The notes under the pieces are model-generated. The model was not told the origin of the DNA. It ran no database searches and worked only from the letters and a program-made list of their open reading frames with translations. Below, piece after piece: positions 17,067 through 22,010 of a stretch of DNA of 22,010 nt. Position 1 is the stretch's first letter. Each line of letters opens with the position of its first letter. A program made the position numbers and the translations under genes. Origin of the DNA: Nitrososphaeraceae archaeon (GTDB lineage Archaea; Thermoproteota; Nitrososphaeria; Nitrososphaerales; Nitrososphaeraceae); the NCBI GenBank assembly GCA_044870765.1, contig JBIOZG010000020.1:1-22010 (forward strand). Direction: 5' to 3'.

Positions 17067-17149
17067 TGATATTAATAATATTGATTTACTATTGACTTTT
17101 TTAAAGAAACAAAATGAATAATTGATGCGATTTCTTACGAGATCTGGCT

Positions 17150-18022
17150 TCAACTTTGATATTTTTCATCCATTTGCATAAATTTTGATAATTCTACAAG
17201 CTCATTGAATTCATTAAAATCAAGCATGATATTTCTAGAATTTCTTGTTGTCCCATTTTTTTTGAGGTAAGAAAATATTGTTTTCATTGCAAATGCAGAT
17301 GCATACAAACCAGAAAGAGGGAATACGACCATGCTATAACCCATAGATTTTAGCTCATCTGCAGAAAATGTAGGAGTAACACCATTTTCTATCATATTGG
17401 CCAGCAATGGGGCGTTAATTTTTTTAGGAATCTCTCTGAGCTCGTCTTCGGACTGGGGCGCTTCCACAAACACAACATCTGCTCCCTCTTTGTAATACAA
17501 TTTACCTCTTTCTATTGCCTCATCGAGACCTAGGGGTGCCCGAGCATCTGTTCTTGCAACTATGGTGAATTCCTTATTTGCGGAGGCTGCAAGCGCAGCT
17601 CGTAGCTTTTGGATATATTCATCGGCGGCAATTACTTCTTTACCTCGCATATGGCCACACCTTTTTGGCCAAACTTGGTCCTCGAGAAATATTCCAGATC
17701 CACCATATGCAATCAAATCGTTTACTACTTTCCACACAGTAAGGGGATTGCCATATCCAGTGTCCACATCAACTATTACTGGAACATCAACGGCTCTGAT
17801 TATTCTTCTGGCGTTGTCAATATTTTCACCTGCGTTTAAAAACCCAAAATCAGGCAAGCCCAATAGCGAAGCGGCAGATCCATACCCCGTCTGAAACATT
17901 GCTTCAAATCCAACATGCTGGGCGATTTTTGCACTTAGCGCATCAAATACGCCAGGAAGAACGATGATATCATCTCTTTTTTTTATTTTTTCCTTTAACA
18001 ACTTTTTGTTATCTAAATTCAT
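17150..18022 (-). CDS. Isocitrate lyase / PEP mutase superfamily enzyme (methylisocitrate lyase, OAH/DMML or carboxy-PEP mutase-like)
   Basis: PGVFDALSA, GLPDFG, VIVDVDTGYG, LEDQVWPKRCGH, IVARTDA, GADVVFVEA and LANM motifs. Confidence 0.93.
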   Translation of the reverse strand: MNLDNKKLLKEKIKKRDDIIVLPGVFDALSAKIAQHVGFEAMFQTGYGSAASLLGLPDFGFLNAGENIDNARRIIRAVDVPVIVDVDTGYGNPLTVWKVVNDLIAYGGSGIFLEDQVWPKRCGHMRGKEVIAADEYIQKLRAALAASANKEFTIVARTDARAPLGLDEAIERGKLYYKEGADVVFVEAPQSEDELREIPKKINAPLLANMIENGVTPTFSADELKSMGYSMVVFPLSGLYASAFAMKTIFSYLKKNGTTRNSRNIMLDFNEFNELVELSKFMQMDEKYQS

Positions 18023-18052
18023 AACCTTGTCTAAGGTTTGCAGATTTATTAT

Positions 18053-18226
18053 TTATTCTAACCTTTGTTCATTTCCTTGTTGAGTTATCTCATATGTGCC
18101 ATCCGACAGAGTATTTAATTTTATCTTGCAATTTCTACATTCATAGTAATTAATTTGCTGGTCGTGCATTATAGAACCATTCAACCATACCATCAGTGTA
18201 CCGCATTGCGGACAATTCATTGTCAT
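18053..18226 (-). CDS. 57-aa CPxCG-type zinc-finger microprotein (not in ORF track)
   Basis: Manual translation MTMNCPQCGTLMVWLNGSIMHDQQINYYECRNCKIKLNTLSDGTYEITQQGNEQRLE*; CPQCG plus YECRNC; AT-rich TTTAAAATAAATA about 30 nt upstream; stop lies 30 nt before the ICL-family start. Confidence 0.82.
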   Translation of the reverse strand: MTMNCPQCGTLMVWLNGSIMHDQQINYYECRNCKIKLNTLSDGTYEITQQGNEQRLE

Positions 18227-18380
18227 TACATTGGATTAGTTATTCTCACTAATATTTATTTTAAATACATGTCTTTGAAATACCGATATATGGTCACACT
18301 TTAACATATTTGATAATTGTCAAGTCCATTGTTTTTTTACTGTTTATTTGGCTCCGGTTCTTTAAGGTTTACTTTTTCTC

Positions 18381-19763
18381 TTAATTTTTGCCAGTGATCT
18401 TGCCATATCTTTCAACTATATTTCCAATGCATTTTGTCGTCTTCTTAATCAAATCTATTCGGGCAAATTCATTTGGCGAATGAATTCTACTATATTTGTA
18501 AGTACAACCAATACTCACGCATGGGCATCCCAATATTTTATTAAAATACCACATGGGTCCTGTTCCAGCTGAAGATATACTTTTGATAACTTTTCCATAT
18601 TCTTCTTTAGCACTGGCTTCGACTAGCTTTACAAATTCGTCATTTAGCGGAATCCTGCATGCAGGTTCCCCGCTCAAAAAATTCAATTGTATGTCACTGA
18701 ATCCATTTTTGTCAAGATGTTCTCTCAATAATTTAAATTGTTTTTGTGGTATCATATCAGGTACTAGTCTAAAGTCGAGTTTGGCCATGGCAGTACTTGG
18801 TAAAACAGTTTTCGAACCTTCGCCAATATAACCTGAAAACAAGCCGCTTATGTTGGATGTAACTCCTCCTACAAGTGCTTTCTTTATTTCCTCAATATTC
18901 TCCTGATTGAAAATGTAATTCAACCCATAACTTTTCCTGAACTCTGAAATATCGAATTCGTCTTGCCTAATACATTCGAGTTCTTCGGGTAAAAAATCCC
19001 TCACATCTTTATTCCATTTGTCGATTGTAATCTTTCCATTCTCATCGCGTATGGTCTTTAATGCATGAACGAGCCGCCACGCCGGATTTTCAACTATGAC
19101 TGCTAAGCTGGAATGCAGATCTGCATTGGAAGACTTGGCATGTAATTCTACACAAAGTAATCCTTTCATTCCAAGACTCATTACGGGTACATCATCTTCA
19201 TCTACATAGCCAAATTCCCAAATTGTTGCATCGCAGGAAAATTTCTCTTTATTCTTGGCCAAATATTCTTCAAGATGAGAGCTACCTATCTCTTCTTCGC
19301 CCTCAACTAGAAATTTGACATTGCAAGGAACGTCCCCTGATTCATTGAGAAAATACTCTATTGCCTTTATTCTAGTAATTAATTCACCTTTGTCATCAGA
19401 AGATCCTCTTCCAAAGATAAAATTCCCCTCAATTTTACCACTAAATGGATCATCATTCCACAATTCAATTGGTTCGGGTGGTTGAACATCGTAATGATTA
19501 TAAAATAAAATAGTCTTTCCGTTTGGATTACTTTTGGATTTTACCTCACCATATACTACTGGTGGGATTTGTTTCGAACTGTCTTCTGGCCTTATAATCT
19601 CTGTGCTTATCCCTGCTCTGGACATTATTTCAGAAACTAATTCTGCACATTTGATAATCGTCGGCTGTTTTTTTGCAGAGACACTAGGAACTCTAATCAG
19701 CTGCCGTAGCTGTGATAAGAGTACATCAATTTCCGAATCAACTCTAGATGCAATTATTGTCAA
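18381..19763 (-). CDS. M20/M25/M40 family metallo-hydrolase (ArgE/DapE-like, dipeptidase-like)
   Basis: YNHYDVQP, GRGSSDDKG, EGEEEIGS, DLHSS, DFRLVP and IHSPNE motifs; TTG start. Confidence 0.95.
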   Translation of the reverse strand: MTIIASRVDSEIDVLLSQLRQLIRVPSVSAKKQPTIIKCAELVSEIMSRAGISTEIIRPEDSSKQIPPVVYGEVKSKSNPNGKTILFYNHYDVQPPEPIELWNDDPFSGKIEGNFIFGRGSSDDKGELITRIKAIEYFLNESGDVPCNVKFLVEGEEEIGSSHLEEYLAKNKEKFSCDATIWEFGYVDEDDVPVMSLGMKGLLCVELHAKSSNADLHSSLAVIVENPAWRLVHALKTIRDENGKITIDKWNKDVRDFLPEELECIRQDEFDISEFRKSYGLNYIFNQENIEEIKKALVGGVTSNISGLFSGYIGEGSKTVLPSTAMAKLDFRLVPDMIPQKQFKLLREHLDKNGFSDIQLNFLSGEPACRIPLNDEFVKLVEASAKEEYGKVIKSISSAGTGPMWYFNKILGCPCVSIGCTYKYSRIHSPNEFARIDLIKKTTKCIGNIVERYGKITGKN

Positions 19764-19827
19764 ATTAGCATAAGAATCAATTGAACATGAAATTAAATAT
19801 TCTGTTTAAAATACAGTGTAAAAAAGA

Positions 19828-20799
19828 TTATTGTAATGTTCTAGAAATCTTCATGACCCTCGAAAACTTCTTGAGTACACTCTGATCTAAAATCAAAAAA
19901 TGAAATATGAAATGGCTAACACCGATATTGACATATTTGGATATTCCATTTATGATATCATCAATGGTCCCTACAGTCAGCCCACCAGCAATTGATTTCT
20001 TGAACTGTTCTACAGTCATTTTTTCTTTCTTTAATTTCTTTGTAATTTTTTTCAGGTCTTCACGTTCCCGAATGAGCATACAAGGAAGAACGATTGAATA
20101 TTCAATTTTTCTATTTTTGGTATTATAGTCTTTTAGAATGTTTATCTTTCTGCTCATTTCTTCAGGTGTTCCAAAATAAAGGTTATATCTGTCTGCATAT
20201 TTGGCGGCGACCTTTAACAAATATTTTTCGCCAGATCCTCCCACCATGATTGTGGGATGAGGTTTTTGGATGGGTTTTGGAAAACAGATTGCGTTATTAA
20301 TGGAATAATACTTTCCTTGAAAATTTGCCAATTCCATTGTCCATAATTTTTTTATAATTTGAAGGGATTCTTCCAACTGCAAAACACGAACTACATTTGA
20401 GAAGTAGGAATAACCGTAAGCGTTGTATTCTTCTTCATACCATCCTGCTCCTATTCCCAACTCAATACGGCCTCTTGTAATGACATCTAATGTGGATAGC
20501 ATTTTTGCCAGAAGCGCAGGATTTCTATAAGAATTACAAGTCACTATCTGCCCTATTTTTATCCTCTTTGTAAAAGTGGAAAGGGCGGATAATAGAGTAT
20601 AACATTCAAAAAAGTTACCCTTCGTTGGATATCTGTAGTGGGGGATAAAATGATCATAGGCATAGGCCGAGTCAAAGCCATTTTTCTCTGCAGCAATTAC
20701 AATATCTCTTGAATACTTGAATTGTTCTGGAACCGATTTAGGTGGTAGATCATTTCTCCAGCCTTGTGGAATAACTATACCGAATTTTATTTTCGACAA
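19828..20799 (-). CDS. LLM-class (luciferase-like), probably F420-dependent oxidoreductase
   Basis: GFDSAYAYDHF, YRNPALLAKMLSTLDVITRGRIELGIGAGW, PKPIQKPHPTIMVGGSGEK and AAKYAD motifs; TTG start. Confidence 0.93.
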   Translation of the reverse strand: MSKIKFGIVIPQGWRNDLPPKSVPEQFKYSRDIVIAAEKNGFDSAYAYDHFIPHYRYPTKGNFFECYTLLSALSTFTKRIKIGQIVTCNSYRNPALLAKMLSTLDVITRGRIELGIGAGWYEEEYNAYGYSYFSNVVRVLQLEESLQIIKKLWTMELANFQGKYYSINNAICFPKPIQKPHPTIMVGGSGEKYLLKVAAKYADRYNLYFGTPEEMSRKINILKDYNTKNRKIEYSIVLPCMLIREREDLKKITKKLKKEKMTVEQFKKSIAGGLTVGTIDDIINGISKYVNIGVSHFIFHFLILDQSVLKKFSRVMKISRTLQ

Positions 20800-20928
20800 C
20801 TAAATTCATTATGCATTAGAATCCATAGTTTATAATAATTATTTCGAGTCGATAGCAGTATAAATGTGCAGAATGTTTTGTTTACTAGTGGTAAGAATTT
20901 TTAATGGTTGTTATCTTCTTAATTATTA

Positions 20929-22010
20929 TTATCTTGATTTAAAAGGATCGCTATTATCTTTACCCATGGAAGTATCGCTACTTTCTATGTTTTTGGTCAA
21001 AACTCTGTCATGTCCGCTTACATAATTGTGCCAGTTTATGTCTATTACATTGTTTTCGTTTGGAATATATTTGACAGTACCAGAATTAGGATCAAAATTG
21101 AACAAGCGTCCTTCGGATGGAGGCGTTATTATTTCAAATTGTAATGGATCCTTGTTCTGATCCTTCCCTTTCAAAGTGATTTCTACTTCATGAGCTGAAT
21201 CTATTGATACACTTTTACCATTATCTTTTAAATTAGATTCATCGTTTGTGTTTGTATCAAGATTCACATCCACGGTGGCAACATTACTCTCAGCGCCCAT
21301 GTCGTCTACTGCTTTATACGTAAAACTATCGGTGGATGTAATTGTATTTTCCTTTACTGAAATTTCTGGCCTGTAAGATATTCCTTGGTTTCCACTCAGT
21401 TTTTGAGGGGTTGCAAAATCAGAACCATTATCGCTTTTAGTGTAGAATACAAAATTGTTACCTGGTGTTGTACCTACCCAAGTTACATGTGTGTCGTTAC
21501 CAACTGCAACTATATCGGGATTTCCGGATCCGCCAGGATCATTACTTATGTTCTCTGCCGCACTGAAGGACGCTCCATAATCTGAACTTTTTCTCAAAAA
21601 TATGTCTTGATTTCCAGTAGCAGATTGCCCCTGCCACACTACATAGACATTGTTACCAGATGATGAAACTTCAGGATTAAATACATTTGAACGACTACTA
21701 CCGCTCAAACTGAGTGGAGACAAAAATGACTTGCCTCCATCAGTACTTCGAGCAAAAAGAATATATCTATCTTCCTCCTCGCCTCCACTCCATACAACAT
21801 ATTTGTGAATATCAGAATCGGATTCATTAGTGCTCTGATCAAAAGCCAAGGGGGCTTGATTTGTTTGATTGTTTTCTTTCACCTCTACACTCACAGTTGC
21901 CACATTACTCTCCACTTCTTTATCATCAATTACCTTGAATGCAAAACTCTCATTTCCAATATAGTCTGTTTCCGGAACAAAAGTTAACGTCCCTTTTGTT
22001 GTGTCAAAAT
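20929..22010 (-). CDS. Surface/secreted protein with tandem-95/Big_9-type Ig-like modules and BNR/Asp-box propeller blades (5'-partial)
   Basis: The frame stays open beyond the called GTG at 21915 to the window edge (FDTTKGTLTFVPETDYIGNESFAFKVIDDKEVESNVATV); Asp-boxes STDGGKSF, SSDYGASF and SDNGSDF; Ig motif DSFTYKAVDDMGAESNVATV. Confidence 0.87.
   Translation of the reverse strand, partial: FDTTKGTLTFVPETDYIGNESFAFKVIDDKEVESNVATVSVEVKENNQTNQAPLAFDQSTNESDSDIHKYVVWSGGEEEDRYILFARSTDGGKSFLSPLSLSGSSRSNVFNPEVSSSGNNVYVVWQGQSATGNQDIFLRKSSDYGASFSAAENISNDPGGSGNPDIVAVGNDTHVTWVGTTPGNNFVFYTKSDNGSDFATPQKLSGNQGISYRPEISVKENTITSTDSFTYKAVDDMGAESNVATVDVNLDTNTNDESNLKDNGKSVSIDSAHEVEITLKGKDQNKDPLQFEIITPPSEGRLFNFDPNSGTVKYIPNENNVIDINWHNYVSGHDRVLTKNIESSDTSMGKDNSDPFKSR

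Noticed and set aside
21913-21915. GTG 21915 as the true start of the last gene
   Set aside because: The frame stays open to the window edge and encodes a continuing Ig-like module.
392-21987. Remaining short ORFs nested antisense or out of frame within well-supported genes (for example 392-637, 2449-2685, 9831-10175, 12965-13327, 17562-17894, 18553-18831)
   Set aside because: They are shadow ORFs with no motifs and lie within confidently identified CDSs.

Overview
AT-rich archaeal DNA. Gene content, TATA-like boxes about 25-30 nt before several starts and oligo-T terminators fit a soil ammonia-oxidising archaeon (Nitrososphaeraceae, Nitrosocosmicus-like); this assignment is an inference. 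The window opens with the aIF2-alpha / nop10 pair. nop10 is missing from the ORF track because it has no in-frame ATG/GTG/TTG and appears to start at ATC. Next come two secreted proteins, a decayed GT2 remnant and a geranylgeranyl-reductase-family flavoprotein. A dispersed surface-glycan cluster of about 12 kb follows: GT2, WecB, a MetW-like methyltransferase, two GT-B enzymes, an extended SDR with a four-times frameshifted neighbour, a glutaminase-less asparagine-synthase-like ligase and a GT-C-like membrane protein. Phasin-like and Cse60-like small genes sit inside this cluster. The right end has an ICL/PEP-mutase enzyme preceded by an unannotated 57-aa CPxCG zinc-finger gene, an M20 hydrolase, an F420-type LLM oxidoreductase and a 5'-truncated surface protein in which a circularly permuted Ig-like module appears inserted into a BNR propeller blade. 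I found no rRNA, tRNA, CRISPR array or transposase.
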